Both the position numbers and the translations under genes were made by a program. 64,000 nucleotides of DNA, from the NCBI GenBank assembly GCA_963762565.1, contig CAVXLD010000012.1:96001-160000 (forward strand), in the 5' to 3' direction. Below the pieces are notes generated by a model. That model was not told the DNA's origin. It worked only from the letters and a program-made list of their open reading frames with translations, and made no database searches. This stretch comes from an uncultured Verrucomicrobiae bacterium. Lineage in GTDB: Bacteria; Verrucomicrobiota; Verrucomicrobiia; Chthoniobacterales; JAFAMB01. Positions 52,499-61,322 of this stretch are shown piece after piece; position 1 is the first letter of the stretch; each line of letters starts with the position of its first letter.

Positions 52499-53473
52499 AT
52501 GCCACTGATTACTTATAGAGAAGCTCTCCGCGCCGCCCTCGACGAAGAGATTCTTCGCGATGAAAACGTTGTGGTGATCGGCGAAGAAGTCGCCCAATAC
52601 AACGGGGCGTATAAAGTCACCGAAGGCCTCTGGGCTGCGCATGGCGACCGGCGCCTCGTAGATACCCCAATCAGCGAAGCCGGCTTCGTGGGAATGGGTA
52701 TCGGCGCCTCCATGCTCGGGCTTCGGCCAGTCATCGAGCTCATGTTTTGGAGTTTCGCTTATGTCGCCTTTGACCAGATCCTAAACAATGCGGGCTGCGT
52801 GCGCTACATGTCCGGCGGTCTGGTAAACGTTCCCATCGTTATCCGTGGCCCGGCCAATGGTGGCACCAACGTCGGTGCTACCCACTCCCACACGCCTGAA
52901 AACCTTCTTGCGAACACCCCCGGTTTGAAGGTCGTAGCTCCGGCCACAGCGTACGATGCCAAAGGTCTTCTCAAAACTTCGATCAGGGACAATGACCCGG
53001 TGATGTTCATGGAGAACACCCTGCTGTACGGTGAAAAGTGGGAAGTGCCTGATAATGAGTATCTTATACCGCTGGGCCTTGGCGATATCAAACGTCCGGG
53101 CACCGATATTTCCCTGATCGCTCACGGCCGCGCAGTTCTTACCTGTCTCAAGGCGGCAGAACTCTTGGCGGCAGAACACGATATCGAGGCTGAGGTCGTT
53201 GATCTTCGTTCGATCCGGCCGCTCGATGAAGAAACCGTTCTCAATTCTGTTCGGAAGACACATCGCGCTGTGGTTGTTGAAGAGGGTAAACCGTTCTGCG
53301 GCATCGGCGCTCAACTGGCATCCATGATTCAAGAAAAGGCTTTTGATGATCTGGATGCTCCTATTGGCCGCGTGACCGCCATCGATGCACCGGCGATCTA
53401 CAGCCCTCCCCTTGAGAAGCGCCAGCTCCCGGATCCTCAGCGCGTCATCGAAAAAGTACTTAGTCTCTCCTAA
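52499..53473 (+). CDS. pdhB: Pyruvate dehydrogenase E1 beta
   Basis: GEEV..GAYKVT, DTPISE, AYDAKGLL, DLRSIRPLD. Confidence 0.95.
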   Translation: MPLITYREALRAALDEEILRDENVVVIGEEVAQYNGAYKVTEGLWAAHGDRRLVDTPISEAGFVGMGIGASMLGLRPVIELMFWSFAYVAFDQILNNAGCVRYMSGGLVNVPIVIRGPANGGTNVGATHSHTPENLLANTPGLKVVAPATAYDAKGLLKTSIRDNDPVMFMENTLLYGEKWEVPDNEYLIPLGLGDIKRPGTDISLIAHGRAVLTCLKAAELLAAEHDIEAEVVDLRSIRPLDEETVLNSVRKTHRAVVVEEGKPFCGIGAQLASMIQEKAFDDLDAPIGRVTAIDAPAIYSPPLEKRQLPDPQRVIEKVLSLS

Positions 53474-53485
53474 CCATTCCTCGCC

Positions 53486-54772
53486 ATGCCTATTACTATC
53501 GAAATGCCCAAACTCAGTGACACGATGACGGAGGGCACCCTGCTTCGCTGGGTAAAGAAAGTCGGCGATACCGTCGCGGTCGGCGACGTCTTGGCAGAAG
53601 TCGAAACCGACAAGGCAACGATGGAGATGGAAGCGTTTGACGACGGCACGCTATCCGAGGTTTACGTCAATGAGGGCCAGACCGTCCAAGTTGGCCAGAA
53701 GCTAGCCATTTTGCTTGGCGCCGGCGAATCCAAACCGGCCGGATCTAAGTCCAGCGCTCCCGTTGCCCAGCAACCCGACGCTCAGAAGAAAGCCGATTCG
53801 CAAAAGAAACCTTCTCAGGCCAAACAACCCGAACCAGCTCCTTTACCTCAAACCGTACAGCCGGCTGATACCGAATCCGGAGTCCGGGTTAAGGCATCTC
53901 CATTAGCTCGCAAAGTTGCAGCCGAGCTGGGAGTTGAGCTCGAGACGTTACCTGGTTCCGGCCCGGGAGGACGCATTGTTCGTGACGACGTGGTTTCTGC
54001 CCACCAAAAAGGTGCTCAAGTAACCGACCAGCCCCCCAAACCAGTCGCGCCTGCCGTATCGACACCGGCCCTATCGCAGCAGGATGTCCAGATCCCATTA
54101 GGTGGCATGCGCCGAACCATTGCCGCCCGGTTGTTGGAGGCTAAGACGACGATCCCGCATTTCTACCTACAAGCGGAGGTCGATGCCGAACCCCTGGTCC
54201 AACTGCGCCAACAACTAAACGCCGCGAACGAGGCAGCCGGGCTCCCAAAGTTCACGGTCAACGATTTTATCCTCAAAGCAACCGCGGTGGCCGCTACTCA
54301 CGTACCCAAAGCCAATGCTTCGTTTTCCGGTGACTCCATTGTTCAGTACGGCTCGGTTCACCTCGCGTGCGCCGTTGCTATTGATGACGGCCTGGTGACC
54401 CCAGTGATTCGCGATGCTGGCTCGAAGACCCTCAGCCAGATCAGTGCCGAGATTAAAGACCTCGCCGCCAAAGCACGTTCAAAAAAGCTTAAGCCCGAAC
54501 AATACCAGGGAGGAACCTTGACGGTTTCTAACCTCGGCAGCTACGGGGTCGATCTATTCTTTGCTATCATCAACCCGCCGCAATCTCTCATCGTTTCCGT
54601 CGGCGCCATCTTGAAGAAGCCCGTCATAAACGCTGCCGGGGCCATCGTTCCCGGGCAGCGCCTTGTTTTAGCCCTCAGTTGCGACCATCGGGTCGTTGAC
54701 GGCGCCATCGGAGCACACTTCCTGGCTGAGCTAAAGCGGCTGATCGAAACGCCAGCTCTCATGCTGGTTTAG
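53486..54772 (+). CDS. pdhC: Dihydrolipoamide acetyltransferase E2
   Basis: ETDKATME lipoyl motif, ASPLAR, GSGPGGRI, DHRVVDGA. Confidence 0.95.
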   Translation: MPITIEMPKLSDTMTEGTLLRWVKKVGDTVAVGDVLAEVETDKATMEMEAFDDGTLSEVYVNEGQTVQVGQKLAILLGAGESKPAGSKSSAPVAQQPDAQKKADSQKKPSQAKQPEPAPLPQTVQPADTESGVRVKASPLARKVAAELGVELETLPGSGPGGRIVRDDVVSAHQKGAQVTDQPPKPVAPAVSTPALSQQDVQIPLGGMRRTIAARLLEAKTTIPHFYLQAEVDAEPLVQLRQQLNAANEAAGLPKFTVNDFILKATAVAATHVPKANASFSGDSIVQYGSVHLACAVAIDDGLVTPVIRDAGSKTLSQISAEIKDLAAKARSKKLKPEQYQGGTLTVSNLGSYGVDLFFAIINPPQSLIVSVGAILKKPVINAAGAIVPGQRLVLALSCDHRVVDGAIGAHFLAELKRLIETPALMLV

Positions 54773-54789
54773 GATGTCTGTTTTCGTCT

Positions 54790-56166
54790 ATGAAATATGA
54801 TCTAATTGTCGTCGGGGGCGGACCCGCCGGTTATGTCGGTGCTATTCGAGCTGCCCAACTTGGCAAGCGCGTAGCCTGCGTCGAGAAAGAGCGCGCCGGC
54901 GGCACTTGTTTGAACTGGGGTTGTATACCCACCAAATCTCTGCTCCGAAACGCTGAGCTTTATCACCTTTTGCGCCATCGCGCTTCTGACCTTGGCTTTC
55001 GCTTCGATAACTTAGCCTATGATTGGACTAAGATCGTCGCCCGTAGCCGCGCCGTTTCCGACAAGCTAGCCAGCGGAGTCGAATTCCTGTTCCGAAAACA
55101 TAAGATCGACAATATCAAGGCGACAGCATCGATTCCCGAAGCTGGACGGGTCGCTTGCAAAGCCGCCGACGGCAAAGAACAGATCCTGGAAGCCGACTCC
55201 ATCTTAGTCGCTACTGGAGCCACCTCGCGGCCTATGCCGGGTCTGCCAGTCAACGGTAAGACCGTACTCGATAGTCACTACGCCATGATTGTCGATCCAC
55301 AGCCAAAGCGACTCATCATCATCGGCGCCGGCGCAATTGGGGTTGAATTTGCCTATTTCTTCAACGCATTCGGTACAGAGGTAACCCTTGTCGAGATGTT
55401 ACCAAATGTCTTACCGGTCGAAGATACCGAGATCAGCGTTGCCCTTGAAAGAGCGCTGACTAAACAAGAGATTAAAATCCTGACGAACTCAAAGGTAACA
55501 GAAACTGCGACCACAAAAGACGGCGTACGAGTCACGGTCGAATCCAAACAGAAGCAAACTTTTGAAGCGGATTGCGCCCTTGTGGCAATTGGCGTTTCAC
55601 CGCTACTCCCTTCTGGCGTCTCTCTAAAACTCGATCCAAAAGGTTTTATTCAGATAGATAACCGTTACCAAACCAACGTACCAGGGGTATACGCGGCCGG
55701 CGATATCATAGGACCACCGTGGCTGGCCCATGTCGCTATGTGGGAGGCTATTCAAGCTGTAAACGGCATCTTTTCAGCAGCAACCCCAAAACGGCTAAAG
55801 ACTTTCCCAGGTTGTACTTATTGCCAGCCTCAGGTCGCCAGCGTCGGGCTCACCGAGCGCGCAGCCAAAGACAAGGGGATCAAATTCAAGGTCGGTAAGT
55901 TCCCGTTTCTAGCCAACGGCAAGGCTCTGGCTGCTGCCGAGCCCGACGGCTTCGTTAAGCTGTTATTTGGAGAACCGCACGGCGAGATCATTGGCGCGCA
56001 TATCATCGGAGCCGAAGCTACTGAGCTGATTGCTGAGCTCGGCCTCGCGATTAATCTCGAAGCGACGCACGAAGAATTGGAAGAGACCATTCATGCTCAT
56101 CCGACCCTAAGCGAAGCCGTGCATGAGGCCGTCGGAAACGCCTTCGGCCACGCCATCCATATTTGA
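54790..56166 (+). CDS. lpdA: Dihydrolipoyl dehydrogenase
   Basis: GGGPAGY, GGTCLNWGCIPTK, HAHPTLSE. Confidence 0.97.
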   Translation: MKYDLIVVGGGPAGYVGAIRAAQLGKRVACVEKERAGGTCLNWGCIPTKSLLRNAELYHLLRHRASDLGFRFDNLAYDWTKIVARSRAVSDKLASGVEFLFRKHKIDNIKATASIPEAGRVACKAADGKEQILEADSILVATGATSRPMPGLPVNGKTVLDSHYAMIVDPQPKRLIIIGAGAIGVEFAYFFNAFGTEVTLVEMLPNVLPVEDTEISVALERALTKQEIKILTNSKVTETATTKDGVRVTVESKQKQTFEADCALVAIGVSPLLPSGVSLKLDPKGFIQIDNRYQTNVPGVYAAGDIIGPPWLAHVAMWEAIQAVNGIFSAATPKRLKTFPGCTYCQPQVASVGLTERAAKDKGIKFKVGKFPFLANGKALAAAEPDGFVKLLFGEPHGEIIGAHIIGAEATELIAELGLAINLEATHEELEETIHAHPTLSEAVHEAVGNAFGHAIHI

Positions 56167-56177
56167 GGCAGCCAATT

Positions 56178-56457
56178 GGTGGGGCGAGGCTCCAGAGTTA
56201 CTGTGGCGACGTTACAAGGACTGCAACGTCGAAACCACCGCTTTGTGTGCCAGGCCAGGACGCTGCCGAGCCGTGTCCACTGTGTGCCACTACAGACGGT
56301 GAGGAATTCCATTACCACCTCCGGACCGCATTTAGCGTTGGAAATTGGATCACCGTAGACCGGCGGCTCGGCAGCCATTCGACCTTGCGAATCGAAGGCC
56401 TCCACCGCCCGATAACCCTGCGCACCTTTCCAGTACCTACGGGAGCCTCGCCCCATC
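56178..56457. repeat. Family A element, longer variant (280 bp)
   Basis: ggtggggcgaggctcc..ggagcctcgccccatc, with internal gctgccgagccg..cggctcggcagc. Confidence 0.8.
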
Positions 56458-56459
56458 AA

Positions 56460-56731
56460 TAAACGGCCTGCTCTGCTCTACCCGCCCCACTTACTCACAA
56501 CGTTAATCTGAAGTTCTTAATTTCTATCAACCAAACTTAATAATATTCTACTGGTTAATAACTAGCCATACGCGTCCTAATTCACTGTCATCCAAGGTGT
56601 TACCACTCAGATTACTTGCTAATAACTTCAGACGCTGTCGTTCACTGCCTCCAGTAACTTCGTGATGGGGCAAGTTCCCCGACTTATTCACAATGTGTCC
56701 GCCATTCTCCACGGAATCATTAACACTGGTT
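56460..56731. other. AT-rich convergent intergenic region with DnaA-box-like sites; candidate oriC
   Basis: TTATTCACA 56684-56692, TTACTCACA 56491-56499, weaker TTCTCCACG and TCATTAACA; AT-rich core at about 56510-56565. Confidence 0.45.
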
Positions 56732-57343
56732 TTAGTCTATCAGCTGGAAGTCCGGGGGAGCCGTGAAAAGTGAAGAGTCTTGCGGTCCAAGATCGAGATT
56801 CTCCCACTCAGTCGTGGCGTCGGCCGTTTGCGACAGCACCGGCAGATGAGTAAATTGACTGATCCAAATGAAGCCTGTAGAGGTGCTCTCAGCCTCTTGG
56901 CTTCCTTTAGTTTTTGCTGGAGCTGACGAAAAGCGATACTTGTCGCAGACCTGCCCTTTAACTGTTTCGGTACCAACTTTGTCCGGAGAGATTAGCATCC
57001 CCTTCGCCAACTCGTAGGCATCAAGAGATTTCAGCAAGTTAGGATCGAGTGGGCGTACCCGGTAAGCCTTGCGAGAGACGATGATGGTGTACATCAGGTT
57101 TAAATCCCCACGGAGAATGAGCACTAACCGACCATTAGCGGTATCCTGCTCGGTTCGACGTCTATCCCCGTCGACGTACATGCGCATGGTGAACGTCTTT
57201 CCCTCTTTCTGAGTGGTGACCACATCAACGCTGTATCGGGTTGGCGTTCCCGCAAACGGGTTGTCCGTTGCCTGAGCCCTTGCAACAAAGTCAGTTCCAA
57301 AAGACAGGATAGCGAACACACTTACTAACGATAAAAATCTCAT
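56732..57343 (-). CDS. Exported protein, DUF4412/LolA-like beta fold
   Basis: Signal peptide; GTETVKGQVCDKY..WI..PV..SLFTAPPDF. Confidence 0.65.
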   Translation of the reverse strand: MRFLSLVSVFAILSFGTDFVARAQATDNPFAGTPTRYSVDVVTTQKEGKTFTMRMYVDGDRRRTEQDTANGRLVLILRGDLNLMYTIIVSRKAYRVRPLDPNLLKSLDAYELAKGMLISPDKVGTETVKGQVCDKYRFSSAPAKTKGSQEAESTSTGFIWISQFTHLPVLSQTADATTEWENLDLGPQDSSLFTAPPDFQLID

Positions 57344-57412
57344 TGGGAGGGCTTCTCTGAGGCGTATCTAGCTGAACGAGGAATAAATTGCGACCGCTAA
57401 CGTTGGCAAGCT

Positions 57413-58096
57413 TCAAGCAGGCGCACGTGGTCCAGTCAAACTTGCTTTCTCTGCGACCACTCCATACGAAAGATCTGAGAAACGTGCGGTGCAGACCTTA
57501 AAACCGAGACGTTCCAGGTCGTCGACTGCGATATCGAGTGACCAAAAGAACTCTTCCGTGATGCCTTGGGCTGTGGCTGGGTCTCCCTTTGTCAAATACT
57601 CCTGAATCTTATTCTCCTTCTCGGAACTCGTCTGCATCATTAGATCGCCGAAAACAGCTCGTCCACCCGGCAACAGACGATGGAACACCAGCTCAAACAA
57701 CCGCCGCTTCTCCTGATCAGTCAAATGATGAACCACGTAGGTGCTGATTACCGCGTCGAATTGGCCCAGCCCTTGGGTGAATACTTCAAGGATATCTGCC
57801 TTGATAAACTGTCGATGAGTAATATGGCCTAACTTGAGTCTGGCGATCGCCTCCATTTTCTCGGAAACGTCAACCGAAACGAGCTGGCCACAACTTGGTA
57901 TCAACTGAGAGAGATTACCGGTACCGGAACCCAGTTCCAGCACGCGAGAAGTCGGCGTAATCTGTGCCTGCTGAACTACCCAGCTGAGGACTTCTCGATA
58001 CCCCGCCCTGATGGGATCGGATTCATTCAGGACGTCCTGGTCATAGTCCGCAGCCTCGCTGTCATGATTAAAAATATCGGCATTCGCACTTCGCAT
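57413..58096 (-). CDS. Class I SAM-dependent methyltransferase
   Basis: VLELGSGTG, VDVS, FDAVIS..HHL, LLPGG. Confidence 0.9.
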   Translation of the reverse strand: MRSANADIFNHDSEAADYDQDVLNESDPIRAGYREVLSWVVQQAQITPTSRVLELGSGTGNLSQLIPSCGQLVSVDVSEKMEAIARLKLGHITHRQFIKADILEVFTQGLGQFDAVISTYVVHHLTDQEKRRLFELVFHRLLPGGRAVFGDLMMQTSSEKENKIQEYLTKGDPATAQGITEEFFWSLDIAVDDLERLGFKVCTARFSDLSYGVVAEKASLTGPRAPA

Positions 58097-58100
58097 TTTA

Positions 58101-58380
58101 GTTACGAGTTACGGGTGGCTAGTTGCCAGGCCCTGGTGGGGCGAGGCTCCCGAATAATTCCAGCCATTCGCGCGCAGCGATTTGTAATGCTCCGCCATAT
58201 CGTATTGTTGGGTCTTAAGTCGTGCCGAGCCGTCGTCTATCGTGGGCCACGGCTCGGCGCGTCGATCGGCCTTGCTCATTCATCTCTTAGCATGCCACCC
58301 TGTGCCATTGGTTAATCGCTGGGTTTTCAGGAGCCTCGCCCCACCAATATACGGCAACCCGTAACCCGCAACTCATAACC
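58101..58380. repeat. Family A element (58135-58345, 211 bp) nested in inverted heptamer arms
   Basis: gttacgagttacggg on the left and aacccgtaacccgcaactc on the right; core similar to 5321-5531. Confidence 0.85.
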
Positions 58381-58383
58381 CTC

Positions 58384-59643
58384 CTACAGATCGACCGTAG
58401 AGCCAAAACTTGGGTCGAAAAGTCGCTTGTAGGTTCGAGTCGCGAATAGGTCTGTCATCCCGGCAACGTAGTCGCAAAGCACTCTAGCGCGTCCCAGCTT
58501 ATCGGGCGCGTTTCGCACAAGATGATCGTATGACTCGGGTAGCAACCGCAGGCTCGGGCTCTTCGCTTCAAGATAGGCTTCTGCGAACGCTCCGAAAATT
58601 GCATCTAGGATCATGCGAGCCTTGCGTTCGAGCTGGTGAAGCTGTGAATGGCGAAAGACCAGGTCCCGGCAAAGGCGTTTATAGATGCCGACCTCAGCCC
58701 GAACCTCCGGCTCAACTACCAAACTGAAACGGTAGCGTTGGCTAACATCACAAAGGGCACCCGTTCTTGACACCAATGATGTTGCCCGGATAAATGCCCC
58801 TATCTTCCGGCTGAACCGCGCTTCCACCTTACGCTCTTTGATTGCGGAAAGGACGGTTTCGATAGGTTTTTCCTCATCAGGTTTCAAACTCTGGTTTGCC
58901 GCCCAATCCTCGACTCGTTCGAACCTCAGAAACCCGGCGTTGATACTATCGACGATGTCGCTTAACCCGTAAGCCGTATCGTCCGCCCAGTCCATAATCT
59001 GACATTCCAAAGAACGAAGCGTCGTATAGTCCAGCCCGGCGTCTGAGATGGCCGCCCCTACAGTAAATTGACGCAAGGACTCTTGGTCGTCGTAAAGGAA
59101 ATGATTATCGGCGGTCGGATCATCCCGAAAAAGTCGCTTATATTTTTGGACGCCATCGATTAAAGCCCGAGTCGGATTCATGCCGCGTCGATCCCTGGTT
59201 CCCGAATAGATGGTCTTAGCGATTAAGCGCAGACTCTGCGCATTGCCTTCGAAACCGCCAAAATCGCGCATCAAATGATGTAAAGCGCGTTCACCGGCAT
59301 GACCAAAAGGCGAGTGTCCGAGATCGTGGGCCAGACAGACCGCTTCCACCAGGTCGGGATCGATACAAAAATCTGCACTCAGAGATGCGGCGGTTTGATT
59401 CAGGAAGAAACAAATTGATCTGCCTATTTGTGCCACCTCTAGTGAGTGGGTCAGTCTGGTCCGGTAAAAATCGAATTCGCCGCTAACGAAGACTTGGGTC
59501 TTCGATTGGAGCCGGCGAAATGCCGAGCTGTAAATAATCCGATCCCGATCGATCTGGAACGGAGACCGGTACGGATCCTCCTCACGTGGTTCCAGCGATT
59601 CGTAGTCGAATTCGTTGTAGAACTGATTTCGCGGGCTCCGCAT
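58384..59643 (-). CDS. dgt: dNTP triphosphohydrolase (dGTPase)
   Basis: DRDRII.SSAFRRLQSKTQVF, RLTHSLEV, HDLGHSPFGHAGE, DYVAGMTD. Confidence 0.93.
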   Translation of the reverse strand: MRSPRNQFYNEFDYESLEPREEDPYRSPFQIDRDRIIYSSAFRRLQSKTQVFVSGEFDFYRTRLTHSLEVAQIGRSICFFLNQTAASLSADFCIDPDLVEAVCLAHDLGHSPFGHAGERALHHLMRDFGGFEGNAQSLRLIAKTIYSGTRDRRGMNPTRALIDGVQKYKRLFRDDPTADNHFLYDDQESLRQFTVGAAISDAGLDYTTLRSLECQIMDWADDTAYGLSDIVDSINAGFLRFERVEDWAANQSLKPDEEKPIETVLSAIKERKVEARFSRKIGAFIRATSLVSRTGALCDVSQRYRFSLVVEPEVRAEVGIYKRLCRDLVFRHSQLHQLERKARMILDAIFGAFAEAYLEAKSPSLRLLPESYDHLVRNAPDKLGRARVLCDYVAGMTDLFATRTYKRLFDPSFGSTVDL

Positions 59644-59720
59644 GACCAGAGCTAGTGTGCCTGATTGAGCCAGGCGGCGTCAACCGGTAGAGGAGATGGG
59701 GGACCTGATCTTACAAATTC

Positions 59721-59903
59721 GGGGAGGGCGCATGTCGCCGCGCGCTGCGAGGCTGGGGCACGACCAGGGGCGTATTTTCGCGCGCGATTAGAACACGTAC
59801 CCGCCTTCGGTAACCACGGATCGCGGGGATCCGACGTCGCCGAAGCCGGGAGAAAAGGAACCAGGAAGAGAACGCTATGTCGGACAGGCAGCGATCCCTC
59901 CCG
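59721..59903. repeat. Degenerate family B element
   Basis: gggagggcgcatgtc..gcgatccctccc. Confidence 0.55.
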
Positions 59904-59915
59904 GGCCTCCGCTCA

Positions 59916-61322
59916 CTACGTTCCTGGTGTCGCCGAAGGACTGGGTGAAGCCGAGGGAACCGCTTCAGGACTCGCTTTCGTCTCAGGTGTCGCCGAGCTC
60001 TCCGGACTCGTCTTCGTCTCGGGCGTCGCTGAGCTCTCCGGACTCGCTTTCACCTCAGGTGTCGCCGAGCTCTCCGGATTTGGAGACGGAACTACTGAAG
60101 GCGGTGCAGCCGCTGGAGTTGGGGTTGCAGCGAACGGATGCTGAACCACCGGTTTTGGAAAAACACCAGTATTAGCAGCGGGTCTCGCTGCCGGATTGGG
60201 TGAAGCCGTCGTCAACAAATCCTTACGCGGCTTCAAGAACGTCTCCACACTGGAGTTATCCACTTCGAAGATCCAGTTTTGCAGTTTCTGTTCTGCTGCT
60301 AGCCGAGTCTTAAGTGCTTCCTGATTTTTATTAAATTCGTCGTCCTTCTTTTTCTTGTCATCGGGAGACTCGTTGGGCTCAGCAGTGCGCTTCGAAGGCA
60401 GATCCGCCGAAACTTTAAACCGGAAGAAATGGCTTTGGTCCGGACCTGTGCCACCGAGCTCCAGCGCGTACTTGAAGCCATCAAAAGTCGAAAGGTTAAC
60501 AGTGACAGGCTTGTTAAGACCGGTCTCGGAGTCGGGCGTGTTTGCCGGTTTAACATCTTGGAAGTTAGGCGAGAAACTCCCGAGTGCCGCTAACGCCTGA
60601 GGGTTGAGTGTTTCACCAGGCTTTGGATCTACTAGGCCCCAGGGGGCCTTCGCGTCCTTTTTGCCAATCTCCCAGCCATCCCCGTCAGACGACGAACCAC
60701 GGGCGATGTCTTTGACGTCGTCCGCCTTAATGAAATCCTTGTCCAACCAGTTCTGCGGCGAGGCGTCTACGGTATAAAAGTCGTCGTTAGTGAGATAAAC
60801 CTTATCCTTCTGCGAAGGATCATAGACGAAGCGGCCGTTTCCACCGGAGTTCTCTTGGTCGTCATCCCCGCTGCTTTCACCGCCTCCGAAAAGCTTACCA
60901 AAGATCAAGGTTTTAATGGACTTACCACTGCCATCGATCAGGTCGAGCTCAATACCCGAATGGTCGCCTTGCCCTGGAGCTATAATATTCAGCCGGCCGA
61001 ACTGAGACGGGCCAATGTCTGACTGGCGAACCACTTTGAATTGCCAAAGCGCCGTCATTACTTCGCGGATTTTGCCAAAGTCTGCCGGAAACCCGTTCCG
61101 TTCCGCCACCGTCCAGGCATCGTTCGCCTTTTGCACCGTCGTTGTTTGCTTGGAAGATTTTACGACCAGCTTTTCAACCGAATTAACCGGCAAGTTCGCG
61201 AATGGCTCTAAATCAGTGGCCTGGCCCTTCCATCCCGAAGACCGGACAAGTTGAAAGATAGTTCCGGCAATGGCGAGGACCAGTGCCGCGCCCAGCAATA
61301 AGTAGAGTTGTTGTCGTTTCAT
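59916..61322 (-). CDS. DUF4340 domain protein with a repetitive Pro/Ser/Thr C-terminal tail
   Basis: N-terminal TM, GFPAD, WLDK; PESSATPE x3; ATGA overlap with the upstream gene. Confidence 0.8.
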   Translation of the reverse strand: MKRQQLYLLLGAALVLAIAGTIFQLVRSSGWKGQATDLEPFANLPVNSVEKLVVKSSKQTTTVQKANDAWTVAERNGFPADFGKIREVMTALWQFKVVRQSDIGPSQFGRLNIIAPGQGDHSGIELDLIDGSGKSIKTLIFGKLFGGGESSGDDDQENSGGNGRFVYDPSQKDKVYLTNDDFYTVDASPQNWLDKDFIKADDVKDIARGSSSDGDGWEIGKKDAKAPWGLVDPKPGETLNPQALAALGSFSPNFQDVKPANTPDSETGLNKPVTVNLSTFDGFKYALELGGTGPDQSHFFRFKVSADLPSKRTAEPNESPDDKKKKDDEFNKNQEALKTRLAAEQKLQNWIFEVDNSSVETFLKPRKDLLTTASPNPAARPAANTGVFPKPVVQHPFAATPTPAAAPPSVVPSPNPESSATPEVKASPESSATPETKTSPESSATPETKASPEAVPSASPSPSATPGT

